The notes: generated from the sequence alone by a model not told the origin. Positions 26,150 to 40,032 are shown, numbered from the stretch's first letter. The stretch is 64,000 nucleotides of DNA from Octopus vulgaris (GCA_951406725.2 OX597820.1:36890001-36954000); one strand, 5' to 3'. Numbers and translations: made by a program.

Positions 26150-28300
26150 ATGATGACAGATTAAACCTGTGTTTGGAGCAAAGCTTCCACCAGATCAAGG
26201 GTGACATGGTAGTAGAAGATTGAGGTCAACAAGGTTATAAAAGAGAAGAGATGGGGTTGGAAAGACTGGAAGAGTGGTGGTAACAAAGAACCATATCAGA
26301 TAGCTAAAAGAGGAACTAGCCATCAGATATATTCAGTTAGGCAGATGCAGAAGGAAAGAGGTCTGCCAATGTCTTGCAGCACATAGATCAGATACTTGAT
26401 GTGTTCCAGATTGCTACACAGTGTGTTAGAGATAATCGAGATGTTGTGGGAGAGAAGTGTGTACAGATAGTTGTACACTTGCTCTTAGTGATCCTGAAAA
26501 GAAAATGGCATGAAAGAGCTATGAAAAACTATTAAATGCAGAGAATGAATGGGAGAAAGGGAATCTTCCTCATGTGAACCCAACAGAGGTACCAGCTAGC
26601 CTAGTTGACAACAGCATCATAGATAAGGCAATTAAAGATATGAAAACAGGGAAGGCCCCTGGTCCATCAGGAGTCACTGCTGAGATGCTTAAGTAAACTG
26701 ATACAGTCTAGGTACCCTTATAGTTAATCAGGTTATGCAAGAAGGCATAATCCCAAGTGACTGGCACAGCAGCATCATAGTCAGCTGTTACATGGGCAAA
26801 GAAGATGCGTTAAATAGAAGTAATTATAGAGGCATCAAATTGCTGGACCAGGTGATGAAAGTGGCGGAGAGAGTTATAGCCCAATTAATTAGGAATGGAA
26901 TTAGATCAGATGAAATCCAGGGGAAAGTACCACAGATAATATTGTCATAGTCAGGCAACTCCAAGAGGAATATTTAGCAAAGAACAAGCTGTTGTACTTG
27001 GCATTTGTTGATCTAGAGAAAACCTTTGACAGAGTACCTCACTCAGTGATATTTTGGACTCAAAAGGAAGTGGAAGCTAGGGATAGATGATTGGCTTTTA
27101 AAAGCAGCACAGGCCACGTACAGGGGTGCTGTTGGTAATGTAAGAGTTGGCCTTCGGTACAGCGATGAATTTAGTGAACAAGCAGGTGCTCACCAAGGCT
27201 CGGTCCACAGCCCCCTGCAATTCATCGTTGTCCTGCAGGCCATAACAGAGGAATTTAAGACTGGAAGCTCATGGGAACTACTATATGCTGATGATCTTGC
27301 TCTCATAGCAGAATCTGGAACAGAATTAGAAAAAAAATTCCAGGTGTGAAAACAGAATCTGGAATCAAAGGGTCTGAAAGTAAACTTAGCAAGAGATCGA
27401 ACAGGATCCTTCACCCTTCCAGTAAATGGCCCTGCTTGATGTGTAGGCAGAAATTCCTTTCAGTGAACCCAGTGCAAGTTGTGGACACACAAGAGATGCA
27501 GTAGAATAGTAGGAAGGTTAACAGAGAAAGCAGTGTTAGCATGTGGGAGATGTATGGAAGCTATAAAGACCCCCAGATACACAAGAAACTGTTTTCCTCA
27601 AATGTATAAGTGGCTCTCTGGAAGTTGTAGATAATTTTTGCTACCTAGGTAACCTAATCAGCAGCGGAGGAGGTTGTATAAAAAGGGTAATTGCTAGAAT
27701 AAGAATAGGATGAAGAAAGTTCAGATAGCTGTTACCTGTGATGTGTACAAACTGTGATGCTACAAGGTGGTGAGAAGTAAACCCTGAATGCAGAGGACAC
27801 GCAATGGTTGGAGAGGAATGAAGCTGGTATACTTACCTGGATATGCTATGTCAGTGTGCATATGCGACAGAGCAATAGAGTATTGAGAGAGAAGTTGGGA
27901 TAAGAGGAATTATACGCAGTGTGCAAGAGAAGAGACTATGCTAGTTTGGTTGTGTAATGTGGATGGATGAGGATAGTTGCATGACCCAGGAAGAAATAGG
28001 ATGAAGTATTGAAGGCTAATCTCAAAATGCTGAGCCTTATGAAGATGACAGAGGCCTGAGATATGTGGCATATTGCTATAATCAACAAGACCCATCCACC
28101 ACAACAAAATTGAGATTCTAAAATCAAGATGCCATGTAAAAAGTATTGGTATGGGTGCTGGTGTTGGCAATGGCATCCAGTTGTAGAAACCAAGCTAAAG
28201 TAGACTATGGAACTTAGTGCAGCCTCTGACTTGCCGGTTCCTGTCAAGCTGTCCAATCCATGCCAGCATGGAAAACAGAAGTTAAATGCTGATGATGATG
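26150..28300 (+). mobile_element. 5'-truncated, decayed RTE-clade LINE (reverse transcriptase region)
   Basis: Motifs KAPGPSG, IPSDW, NYRGIKLL, AFVDLEKTFDRVP, HQGS, WELLYADDL (YADD at 27284-27295) and a Cys-rich CKLWTHKRCS; many stops; (GAT)n tail. Confidence 0.9.
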
Positions 28301-31145
28301 ATGTGTTTGTGTCTCTCCTTCCTTGAACATCACGAACAGTTGTAAACTAAGCATTACTGTTGTATGATGTTCATTTCTTATCTTTCATGAAAACATATCT
28401 GGCCACAAAGAAATATGACCTTATTTGGAAAGAAGTGAAAGTTGGTGATGTGATGGGCATCCAGCCATACAAAATCTCCCTCAGCAAACTATGTCTGAAC
28501 CATGCAAGTATGGAAAAGTGGACATTAAACTGATGATGATGATACATACATATATATACAATAATATTTGATATAAATATTGGTTAGTTGATTTCTCTCA
28601 AGTTACACTTTACATTGTATACAGAAAGTAAAGGACAACTACAGAGTTAACATAAGAGGTGCAGGTTGAGTGTCTTATAATTTTCTGATTAAAGCACACA
28701 CTTTTTATGAAATTTTGCAGATAGGTTTGTGATGAAGTGGATTGCTATCGTATTGAGAAAATTTAGAAAACAATGTATTTATTGCAAATATACAAACGAA
28801 AAAAATTTGCATTACCTAATTTTAAGGTAAATATATTTCTTTTGAAAATTTGTAATCATTTCATCATTTTGTATACGTAAAATAAAATTTGATAAAAGTT
28901 AAATTATTATTGTATGTCATATTTTTTGATATTATGCATGGATGAGGGCAAAAGTATATTTTGAAAATGACAGGTAATGCTCTAGTGTGTGTGTGTATGT
29001 ATATATATATAATGCTGCAGACACTACTTATTTTAATTGCATAACTTTTCAAAGTGTCAAAACATTTAGCACCAGTTCTTGGTAAAATGACCAACTACAT
29101 ATGCAAATGAAGTCAAATATATTTAAATTACTCTTAACATCTCAAAGAATCCAGTTCATTTATATATTTATCTTTTATGTTAGAAAATTTTATAACATTC
29201 ATGCTACTGAATAAAGAATAATGTTTTTACCTCAGCACTTGAATTAAGCAAATGCTACATCTCTAAAAGATTTTCTCTAGTTTCAGCAAATGAATTTTTT
29301 AGGAGTCTTTCAGACAAGTATGGGCTAATGCAAAAAATGGTACACACACATATCTAGACAGAAATAATGATGGAACTTAATTTCTAGTTAACTCTTGCAA
29401 CAATGCTGATTTATTAACTACTTGTCTTATTCACAGCACCATTAAATACACCCTTAACTACTTTTTCTACCTTTGTACATACCTAAATTTCTCATTGTCC
29501 ACCAATCTATTTAACTTGGAAACCTACTGAAGACATTTTCTAAATACCAAAAACCAAGGTGTCACCTTAGTGCTGGGTTACTAACTTCCAACAATTATCT
29601 CAAGAAATATATAGAATCCAAGAGTTCATGTTTTTATACAAAGTCAAACTACATTCTCAAGTGTTAACTCTCTTGTAGTAATGTTCCTGATTACTTACAA
29701 CCATTGTTAACTGACATTTGTATTTTCTCACAGTACATGATACTATCCAATCATTTTCAAAAGTACCATACTATACAATCTCATAAACTAAGTAATTAGC
29801 TTAACATCACCCTATCTTCATTATCTGTGAGGAAACTATATCTGAACAATCTGTGAGGAAACTATAACCTTTTCTTGTCATTTCAATTGTTTTATTAACA
29901 AACTCACATTGATCACTACAGCTAGACTTTCAGCTTATATCAATAGAACTATGCTTTTGCTATACCTTCAGTTTCTTTATTTAAGAACTTATGACACTGA
30001 TACATCCATATCATTTTGGATACACTTTCCCCACAGTGACATTGTAATTCACATATATATACTATTATACAATTTGAAACACTTCACCTTAATGTAAAAC
30101 AGCAACAAATTTCTAGCAAGGCACACCTGGCATGTATCATCCAGCCTAGGGTCTAGGTATTTCTTGGCATTACACACTTTTTACCTCTTCAAAAGTCCTC
30201 ACCTTTGATAACCCTTCTACCTCACATTTCTACTGTTATATTGCCCCCTGCATGGCTGGGGGACCTGCTATACTTGTACAATAAGTCTTTTACAACATAT
30301 TATGTTTTATTTATACCTAGTACTTCACTATGCTATAATCCATAACATATTTTTCTAATTCCTTTCAGGGACATCTAACTTTTACATTGTCTGTTCCAAA
30401 CTCATGACTATTCGTAACTTTATAATTTTGTTTTAATATTCTTTGCAGCATATAGTGAGCTTCTTTCAGTAAAAGTTCAATTTTTACAGAAAATCACCCT
30501 TCTTTCAAGTACACACGCTGTAGTAGGAAGGACAGATGAAATAGATTTTTTCCTAGATGGCAACTTTGAACTCCCAAAACACAACTGTAAACATTTCATA
30601 GTATTAAAATAGTGAAAAAATTTTGAGTAACCAAATTAGATATTAAAGTTAATTCAGAATGAATCAGTAAAGTGAATTACATTTACATAAAGTTTAATTA
30701 TAAAATATTACAATTCATTTGGAAATTACATTGACATTGTACCATATAAATGTTAATATTGTTACATGTACAACTGGGGGGAAAAAATTAAATGTTCAAC
30801 ATATGATTGTCTGTAAAAAAAATTATAACTCGAAAACATTACAGTGAAGCTTTTTTTTTTAATCAATCTGTGTGTATAATTTCATTAAAGAATTTTTCAA
30901 TCATCTCGACCATCTGGCTGGTATTTGATACAACTGATTGGTTTACAATATTAACAATTACTACATATTACAACACTGATATATAATTTAAGTTCAGATA
31001 TTACAAAATATTCTCAAATAATTCAGGTAATATTATATAAGCATGGCTTTCATTAATTTTCTGTAATATATAAAATTTCATTGCATCGTTTTACAGGAAT
31101 TTCTTTGTGGTGTCATAATATATTAATTTATACAAGTTCTTCCAA

Positions 31146-32579
31146 CTATTTCTCTTGTTTTATGGTTTGTTTTGCATGCACCTTTTGCTTGTGATTAGTC
31201 AAACTCCTTTTTATAGAGAAAGTTTTATCACAGATATCGCAACCATACGGTTTCTCACCTGTGTGAACAGGTTTGTGACGAGTTAAATGCTGATTATCAG
31301 AGAAGGTTTTACCACAAATATCACAACTAAATGGTCTTTCACCTGTGTGGCCACGTAGATGAATTTTTAAATGTGTGCTCTGAGTGAATGCCTTCCCACA
31401 AACATCACAACGATGTGGATGCTCACCTGTGTGAACAGGCTTGTGACGAGTTAAACTTTGGTTGTCAGCATAAGCTTTACCACAAATATCACAGCTATAT
31501 GGCCTTTCACCTGTATGCCCACGTATATGAATTGTTAAATGACCTCTTTGAGTGAATGTTTTACCACATATATCACAGTGGTGTGGCTTCTCACCTGTAT
31601 GAACCCGTACATGTTGAGTTAAATGACTATTTTGAGAAAATGTTTTACCACAGGTGTTACAGTGGTATGGTTTCTCACCTGTGTGGATGCGTATGTGATT
31701 AGTTAGTCTACTACTGCTAGAGAATGTTTTACCACAAATATCACAGTGGTATGGTTTATTTCCTGTGTGACCTTGTACATGACTAGTCAAACTATTATAT
31801 CCAGAGAAAGTTTTACCACAGATATCACAATGGTATGGTTTTTCCCCAGTGTGAATACGTTTGTGATTTGTCAAAGTACTTCTTCCAGAGAATGCTTTCC
31901 CACAGACATCACAACGATGTGGCTTTTCATTTGTGTGAACTGATTTGTGAACATTCAAATAAGAGCTTCGAGAGAATGTTTTACCACAAATACCACACTG
32001 ATATGGTTTCTCTCCTGTATGAATAAGTTTATGACGAGTTAAACTGTCAATCTGTGAGAATGATTTCCCACAGATTTCACAGCGGTGTGGTTTCTCTCCT
32101 GAGTGAATATACTTGTGTCTACTCAAATGACCATACTGTGTGAACCTTCTGCCACAAACCTTACAATGATATGGCTTTTCATCAGTATGAATACGTCTAT
32201 GATTAGTCAAAGTGCTGCTCTGAGAAAAGGTTTTATCACAAATGTCACATCGATATGGTTTAATACTTCTGTGTATAGTTCTGTGCCTTCTCAGATAACA
32301 TCTCCGAGAAAATATTTTACCACAAATTAAGCATTCAAAATCAGTCTGATCTGACTGAACACCCTTAGAGAATGAACGGTTTTTAACAGATGTTTTGTTA
32401 CACATTTTGGAATATTTAAGCTTTATGCTTGTAAGAAGGACATTATATTGTGAGAATGTCTTCTTACGAATGTCAAAATGATATGCTTTCTTCTGTGTAT
32501 CTACACACTCCTGATTAGTTATGTCATCAGATTCAGGTTGTTTTTCACATGCCTGGCTCTCCTCCAGTTTATCCTCCAT
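31146..32579 (-). CDS. ZNF-C: tandem C2H2 protein, 14 fingers, 477 aa (longest paralogue)
   Basis: Intact ORF; MEDKLEESQAC start; TGEKPY linkers. Confidence 0.93.
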   Translation of the reverse strand: MEDKLEESQACEKQPESDDITNQECVDTQKKAYHFDIRKKTFSQYNVLLTSIKLKYSKMCNKTSVKNRSFSKGVQSDQTDFECLICGKIFSRRCYLRRHRTIHRSIKPYRCDICDKTFSQSSTLTNHRRIHTDEKPYHCKVCGRRFTQYGHLSRHKYIHSGEKPHRCEICGKSFSQIDSLTRHKLIHTGEKPYQCGICGKTFSRSSYLNVHKSVHTNEKPHRCDVCGKAFSGRSTLTNHKRIHTGEKPYHCDICGKTFSGYNSLTSHVQGHTGNKPYHCDICGKTFSSSSRLTNHIRIHTGEKPYHCNTCGKTFSQNSHLTQHVRVHTGEKPHHCDICGKTFTQRGHLTIHIRGHTGERPYSCDICGKAYADNQSLTRHKPVHTGEHPHRCDVCGKAFTQSTHLKIHLRGHTGERPFSCDICGKTFSDNQHLTRHKPVHTGEKPYGCDICDKTFSIKRSLTNHKQKVHAKQTIKQEK

Positions 32580-34280
32580 GATTTTCTTACAAATATTTTA
32601 AAATTTTTTATTTAATTTCAAATGTGTACTGAAAGAAACTGAATTCTCTGAAACTTTTCAATAAATATTTACCATGTATTTTCTCTTACTGAGAAAAAGA
32701 AAACATGATATTTGACAAAGTCTGTAGATGTCTCAATTGTAAAGAAACAGATTTAAGATATTTTATTGGGACAGTTTCTCTTGCTAGAGTTCAATCTTGA
32801 AATTAAAAATCAGCAACTTGAAAACTCACTCCAGTTCTCAAGCTATACAGATAGGAAAAAGTTCCCATCAAAACAAATGAAATCTTCATGTTCCACAACT
32901 CAATTATAGACTGTTTACAGCTTTAATTTTAATTTCACAAAAGATCAAGGTTATAACGCTGGTTGGTGTTATTAAGGGTATCCAGCCATGAAAACACTAC
33001 CAAAACAGTGAAACCTGGTGCAGTCTTCTGCCTAGCTAGCCCCTGTCAAACTGTCCAACCCATGCCAGCATGGAAAACAGATGTTAAATGATGATGATGA
33101 AAGAACAATTAATAGGTTTCTTGATAATGTCCGTTTTCTGTTTTCAAAATCTGACAAAGTTCTTTATAAATCTTGAATCTGCAATGAAAAGGTAACAGAA
33201 AAGTTATTAGAGAGGAGGGACTCGACCAGAGACACTAACTGTCAGAATAATAAAGAAAAATCAGAAACTGTGTATAAAGGAAAGACACAATAGGAAGGAC
33301 ATTTATCAAAACTCTAAAGCAGGGATAATAGTAATGAGATACACATACATAAAAATAATAACAGGAGCTTTTGGTGGAATTAAAATACAGAATGTTTTTA
33401 GTAAGGTTATGAACACTCAGAATACCATTACTATGAAAGTTAAGTTAGTACTAACATCTTTAATGTTGGGGAAAAGAGAAAGCAAACCTTAAAAATAATT
33501 AACTTGTTAAATAAACGAAAGAACAACAATATCTAGTGACTAATATCATATTATTTTAAATGAGTTTTAAGCCTATTACTACCTCACCAGCAATGTACAG
33601 ATTTCACAGTATATGCTAATGTCATGATGGCGAAACTACAAACTTTATACTATATACTTGGTTATAAAGGATATCAACAGCATGTAAAATGTTTTGAACT
33701 TCTTATAAAATATACTTCACATATGAGGTTATAATAAAGCTGAAACGTACAATTTCTTCAATCATGAAACAATTCCTGAATCTCAATCAAGTTGTAATGA
33801 TATTAAAGAAACCAGTTCTTATTAATTAACCAGCCAGCTATAAGGAGAAAAGTCTGTAGCATCATTTGGTAGCTGGAGTTTTGTAGTAGTACTATAAAAT
33901 GCAACTTTAATTGTGACATGAGACCAAGTCACTCTTGTAGGAACCTGCTAACACTCATTCCCATTCTATTCATTGGAATTTCATACATTTGGAGAGATTG
34001 TAAAAGTTTCAGCAAAAAGATGAATGTTTGTAACATCATCCTGCCAAACTACAGCTGTCAATGGCAATTAGTATCAGTTTCAACTTGGCTTCAGTTGCAA
34101 TGCAAGTAGTATCATTTAAACATATTATAATGCATGTGTATAAAGACATTGTGAACGATAACTATTTCAGCAAGGCACTCAATAATCTAAAGATTGCCAA
34201 ATAGTTACGTGTATGCTTCGCTGATGAACTCATAATAATGGAAATAATTTTAATCAGTTACTAATAATTTTTTTCTCATT

Positions 34281-34321
<41 letters not shown>

Positions 34322-34323
<2 letters not shown>

Positions 34324-35230
34324 TCATCATCAGCAGCAGCAGCAGCATTTAACATCCATTTTCCATGCTGGAATGGATTGGATGGTTTCACAGGAGCTGG
34401 CAGGCTGAAGAGCTGCTTAGGCTACATGTCTGTTGTGGTATAGTTTCTATGGTTGGATGCCCTTCCTAACAACCATTTTACAGAGTGTACTGGGTGCTTT
34501 TTACATGGCACCAGCACCCATGAGCCTTCAAGATTAGGATTGATCAGCGGTAGGGGGGGGTCATGCCTGTATGGAAGGACAACCATGATTTTGCTTAGCT
34601 TGACATGTCTTCTCAAGTACAGCAAACTGCCAGACGTCTTGGTCCTTTGCCATCCCCCCAGTGAGGGCCAGATGCTGAAGATCTTTTCTCATCACTTTGT
34701 CGCAACCCCTTCTGCAAGTTTTCTCCACAATTAGATTGGTACTTTTTGAAGCAGCTGTCCCCATCTATACACAAGACATGATCATATCAGTACAATCTTC
34801 TCTCTTGCACACTACATCTGATGCCTCATATACCCAGTTTCTCTCTCAAATCACTTACACTCTGTCGTATATGTACACTAACATTACCCATCCAGTAGAC
34901 CATACTAGCTTCATATCTTTCAAGCCTTTGCATGTCCTCAGTAGTCACAGTCCATGTCTGACTGCCATGTAGCATAGCTGCTTGTACACAGGCATCATAC
35001 ACTCTCACTCTGAGGAAGAGGCCCTATGTTAATGACAGAGGTAGTAGTTCACTGAACTTTGCCCAGCCCATTCTTATTCTAGCAGTTAATGCTTTCGGAA
35101 CAAAAATCACCACTGCTAACTTGGTTAGCTAAATAACAAAAATTGTCTACTACTTCTAAGGATCATCTCTGATATTTGAGGGAGTCTATTTTCTGTGCAT
35201 TCCTGGTGTCTAGCATACCTGCACATCCGA
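34322..35230 (-). mobile_element. RTE-clade LINE 3' fragment with (CAT)n tail
   Basis: ORF 34826-35008 VYDACVQAAMLHGSQTW..EDMQRLER is homologous to the LINE pieces at 2535-2861 and ~27700-27900. Confidence 0.8.
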
Positions 35231-36784
35231 CACATGTAAAGACTGGGTACACCGTATATACATATGTGCATGTGTCATCATCATTATTGTTTTACATCTG
35301 CTTTTCATGCTAGAACGGGTTGTATGGGTTGTCATGGACCATATCAGTTCTTACTTATAGTTACTGCCCACCTAGATAGGTTAGAGGCCTATATCTGATT
35401 CTTAAGTTTCATTTTTGTCATGGCTTCTGTCTGGAAGTCCTTCCTAACACCAACCACTCTTACAGTGTACCGGATACATTTTATCAAGGCCCCAGTACTA
35501 AAGTTTGTCATACCTTTGACAAGACTATGAGGGTCCCCTCAACCTTATGTCTCTGTTTGCTCACAAACCCCTTTACACAATGTTCTGGGTAGGTTACTAG
35601 AGGAATCAGCACTTATGCTGTAATGTGTTCTTGTCTTCAGGTCTACATGGTTGAGGTGATGAATAGAAGAACTAGGTCGGGTGGAAGACAAAAACAATAG
35701 TGCAGTAGTAGAAACTATGACTGGGATAAGAGAGTAGCAGAAAGGAAAAGAGTACAATAAATATTAATAGAGAACCCATGCTAGCATGGAAAACGGACGC
35801 TAAACGATGATGATGATGATGATGATGATAATGGCATGTCAATACCAAGTGGATGGATTGTAAAGCAAGATATGAAGGGAACATGGGACCACAGAATCAT
35901 TATTTATATCTTATGAGTTTTATGATGACAGATATCCACATCATGGCTCATTTGAAATACCAAGACAGAAACGACATATTTACTTCATTGGGTGCAAACA
36001 TAATTTCCACTGATTCTTAGATATCATTAGGTCACCAAAATGCCTTTTTCCTTCTCGTAATGCATATTCTTTTAAAATCAAAGTATCTTTTTCTATTATA
36101 AACCATTTTGTTTTCGTTTTGATATTTCAAGAAAGCCAGTTTTTATATCATCTTGTTTCTTTGAAATTACATCATAAGTTTTCACAGTTACTAAGCATTT
36201 TTGCTTAAGACATACATGTTTAAAGAAATTACAGTTTTTAGCGCACTATGTAATTTCTGACTCTATAAAACATACACACACACACACTATAACAGACAGT
36301 TTGATCCGGCCTTAGATAACATAGTTTCATGGGTGTAGGATACATCCACTTCATCAGATGTTCAAAGTAATGTGCAGCTGAGACAAACTGTTATTAAATA
36401 CAATTAACTCCAACCGAATGCATCCAGTCATGTGTGTGTGTGTGTGTGTGTAAAATTCAAATTTTAGTGAATAAAACTACTTTCAGAATCCTAATTTCAG
36501 TTGTGTGAAACACAGGAAAACTAAATAAGAAAGGAAAAATAATGATGTTCCTGGAGACATTGCTGATGATCTCAGTGAGAGTGAAGTTTCCATTTCAAAT
36601 GGCTCCAATGACGCTGCCAATACTCTACTGATGGTGTCCTGTACAGGGCTGATGATGATAATGATTTCAAATTTTGGCACAAGGCCAGCAATTTCGGGGA
36701 GTGGGTAAGTCGATTGCATTGACCCCAGTAGTACTCAACTGATACTTAACCCTGCCGCTTCTTTTCTCATGAGATTTGGAACTT

Positions 36785-37185
36785 TTAAGGGTATTCTTTC
36801 CTTTCCACGTGCATAAACGTCAAAATTCAATTATATGATTATTTGTTCATTTCAGTGAGATTTTCTTATTTATTTAATTTTGTTTTTGTGATGTGTGGAA
36901 GGTGACATTTGCTTTGAAGTGAGAGGTGAAAATGAAAGATGTATGAACATGTATATGAAAGATATTGGGTGTACATGTGTGTACCTGTGTGTGTGTGTTT
37001 GTGTGCACTGTGTTCAGGTCTATGTACTTGTAGTCAGTCACACATGCACACAAACGCATACCTATTATCTTTCATATACGTGTACATACATAAATACATA
37101 TGCATGCATCTTTTTTATGTACGTGTGAGAGAGAGAGAGAGAGCGAGTGAAGGTGTGTGTGTTCTCATGTATGTATTTTTTTGCC
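36785..37185. repeat. Arm of an older ~350-400 bp inverted repeat (partner ~38295-38640)
   Basis: TGTGGAAGG(T/C)G(A/T)CATTT(G/C)CTTTGAAGTGAGAGG..GAAAGATGTATG is present on opposite strands; the pair recurs at ~54785-55130 / ~56520-56890. Confidence 0.8.
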
Positions 37186-37189
37186 TGCA

Positions 37190-38250
37190 AAGGCAATGTT
37201 TCTGTTAAAAAAGGAAACCGAACCAGTCTGCAAGTTCTATGTAAAGATTACCTGCTGGAATGGTAACATAGGGATAGGCTGCAGATTTGCTCATTTCAAA
37301 TCCCATGTGAGTGGTACTTATTCCACTTGCCCGAAGACCACCACACACAGATCCCAGGAGGAAAGAAACTGTGGATGCAGTGCAGACAGTGGCTGTTGAA
37401 CAACAGGCTTTTTTTGTAGGTTGCACAGAAGATTGTAAGGCAGCTGACCTGGCTTCACCAAACATCCTGTGTGAGGAACACATACCTGTATTCGCGACCA
37501 CCTCAAACAACAAGAGATCCAGGGTGGTCACCTCTCGCACTTCTGCATATGTTAAACCAATGGCCGCTACTGACACCTTATATGTCACACCAGTATGCAT
37601 GCTGAACATCAGGGGCCTCGTAACGTCCCAACAACACAAAACACAGCACCTGAGAGACTTAGTCACATGTAACCAAGCAATATGCATGTCACTAACCAGA
37701 AACTATGCTGGTCCTATGGACCACTGCTCTCAACTGTGGTCACCCTACAGTGTTGGATTAGTAGTAGAACTTGAGGCAGTTCAGCAATGAAACAGCTGAG
37801 CTACTGGGAGAGACTGAAAGAGCTACAACTATACTCCCTGGAGTGAAGACGGGAGAGGCATGCAATTATATTTGTGCAGAAGGTACTGGAGGGACTGGCA
37901 CCAAAATTTGGAATCATGTTATACCAGATCCCAAATTGGATGTCACTGCACTATTCCAAAGGTCCCAGCTGCCCCATTTAAGGTGAGGACCATGTACTGC
38001 AATAGTTTCAGATTCAAGGACCCACATCTATTTAACGCATTGCCAAAACATTTCAGGGCTCACCATGGAGTGGAGGGAAAAGTTTTCAAGAAACAACTTG
38101 ACTTTTTGCTATCCAAAATCCCACATGAACCAATATCCAAGGAAAGAAACTCAAAAGAGGCAGCAGTGTCAAACTTCCTCCTTCATCAAAAGCCAATCAC
38201 ATAGGATTGACCATTAAAAAAGTGATGACACTGACGGTGGCCCAGGACGG
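37190..38250 (+). mobile_element. Internally deleted CR1/L2-like LINE remnant with a CCCH finger
   Basis: CKFYVKITCWNGNIGIGCRFAH (CCCH), LNIRGL (APE start), then CSQLWSPY..LEAVQQ..SYWERLKELQLYSLE..LFNALP..FKKQLD (post-RT C-terminus); no RT core. Confidence 0.7.
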
Positions 38251-39185
38251 CCACAGCCTTAGGCTGAAATATAAAAGAATAAATACATACACACGATTGT
38301 GTAGAAAAATGCATACATGAGAACACACACCTGCACTCACTCTCACATGCACATGCATACAAAAAAGGTGCATGCATATGTATGTACGTATATATGAAAG
38401 ATAATGGTTGTACATGTGTGTTTGTATGCTGAACGCATCGCGCGCGCGCGCACTCGTACACCCACTATCTTTTATAAACACGTACATACATCTTTCACTT
38501 TCTCCTCTCACTTCAAAGGAAATGACGCCTTCCACACGTCATGAAAACAAAAGAAATTTTAAAAAATTACGGAAATTAGCGAATGACCAGCCGATCCATT
38601 TGACGTTTAGGCGGGTGAAAACGAAAGAACACCCTTTTAAATGACAGTCAGTTCAAACTCCTGTCAATAATTTAATAAATGCGATATCAAATAAATCACA
38701 CACTTCACGATTTCTTGTCGACCAAAGTGTAGCGATTTCTAACAAATGGTTTCTTTTCGATAATGTTATCTAAAGTTAAAGCAATAAATTAAATAACATT
38801 TTCACTTTTCGTTCAGGGAAAACACTTTACTTTTGACAAGATAAATACTTTTTTACTCGGATGAACGTCCTGCATACGAAGAAAGCGCCAAATCTGGGTG
38901 TATGCAAGGTATCAAGACAGACTTACAAACTGATTTGATTGAAATAAATTCAATGAAATTCAGTGAGATAATAACAATGGAGAATATTGTGACAATATGT
39001 GACGATTAATAACAAATAATTCAATATCACCAATATTAGTGCTGGTGAGTAGTTTCTAAAATTCAATATCACGGATGTTTAACTTTTAAGTGGAGATTGA
39101 ACATAGCATTAATACATATTGCGATTTGTTACAAGAGATATTTGCATTACAAATATTAAAACATCATATTCAATAATAAGCTGAC

Positions 39186-39373
39186 AACTTACTGTTTTCT
39201 TTTTCTTACTGTTAGGTGTAATAATATTTAGAAATAAGCAGATTTGTGGCTCTTAAGAGACAATTTAGACACGATTATTTAGTAAACTTCCACTTTATAA
39301 TATAGCACTAACTAAACGATGTATTTTAAACCTGAACTAATTAATGCTTCGAATTACCAGCCACACTTTCGTA
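39186..39373 (-). promoter_or_regulatory. Conserved 5' non-coding module of ZNF-C
   Basis: Minus-strand TACGAAAGTGTGGCTG at 39373-39358; donor AGAAAACA|GTAAGTT with GT at 39192-39191. Confidence 0.55.
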
Positions 39374-39872
39374 ATAGCGAAAGCACGTTAGTGTAGAAAT
39401 AACGTAAATAAAATTTAGCTAAGAGAAATGGGTAGATTTTTAATGAAATTCTTCAAAAATTATCTTTCCGATCCTTTTAGTATGCTTCTAATGATTGCAG
39501 TTAGTGATATACTTTGTTTCCCCGACATAAAGGGAAATTTCAATTAGGAATTTGGGACGTACTTCATTTAATACAGCAATATTCAGTCAAGTTAATGCAG
39601 TGAGCTGGCAGAATCGTTAGCATGCTGGGCATGGATGTTAAATGCTGGTGATGATGATGATGATGAATATATATCATGCTAGCATGGAAAACGGACGCTA
39701 AACGATGATGATGATGACAGTGAGAAAAAATCATTAGTAACTGATTAAAATTATCTCCATTATTATGAGCTCATCAGCGAAGCATACACGTAACTATTTG
39801 GCAATCTTTAGATTATGGAGTGCCTCGCTTAAATACTTAAAAATTCACAATGTCTTTATACACATGCATTAT

Positions 39873-40032
39873 CACCTTCACCTTGATCACCTTGGCTGAC
39901 CAGTCCGTCGGGTGTCCATTTGACACCGCTGGTCACAGCACGCTGTCCACTCCTCCCTGGATTGTGCCTTTCTCATCCATGTGAACCCAATCGTAACTGC
40001 ACTGTCGTAGAGGCATTCCGGGTGGTTGTTTC
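39873..40032 (-). mobile_element. Short 5'-truncated RTE LINE 3' end with TSD
   Basis: Flanked by CATTAT/CATTAT; empty site at ~34120-34140; same insertion at 58186-58350. Confidence 0.75.

Larger units (their letters stand above)
28252..39630. repeat. Left arm of an ~11 kb inverted segmental duplication (right arm 52921-64000, running off the window)
   Basis: Colinear reverse-complement match including ZNF-C/ZNF-F, with arm-specific indels (~34720-35590 and ~36260-36690 left only; ~53610-54450 and ~56260-56515 right only). Confidence 0.95.

Noticed and set aside
37205-37790. 160 aa ORFs conserved at 55576-56242 as possible novel genes
   Set aside because: They overlap a LINE remnant inside the duplicated arm; conservation equals that of the flanks
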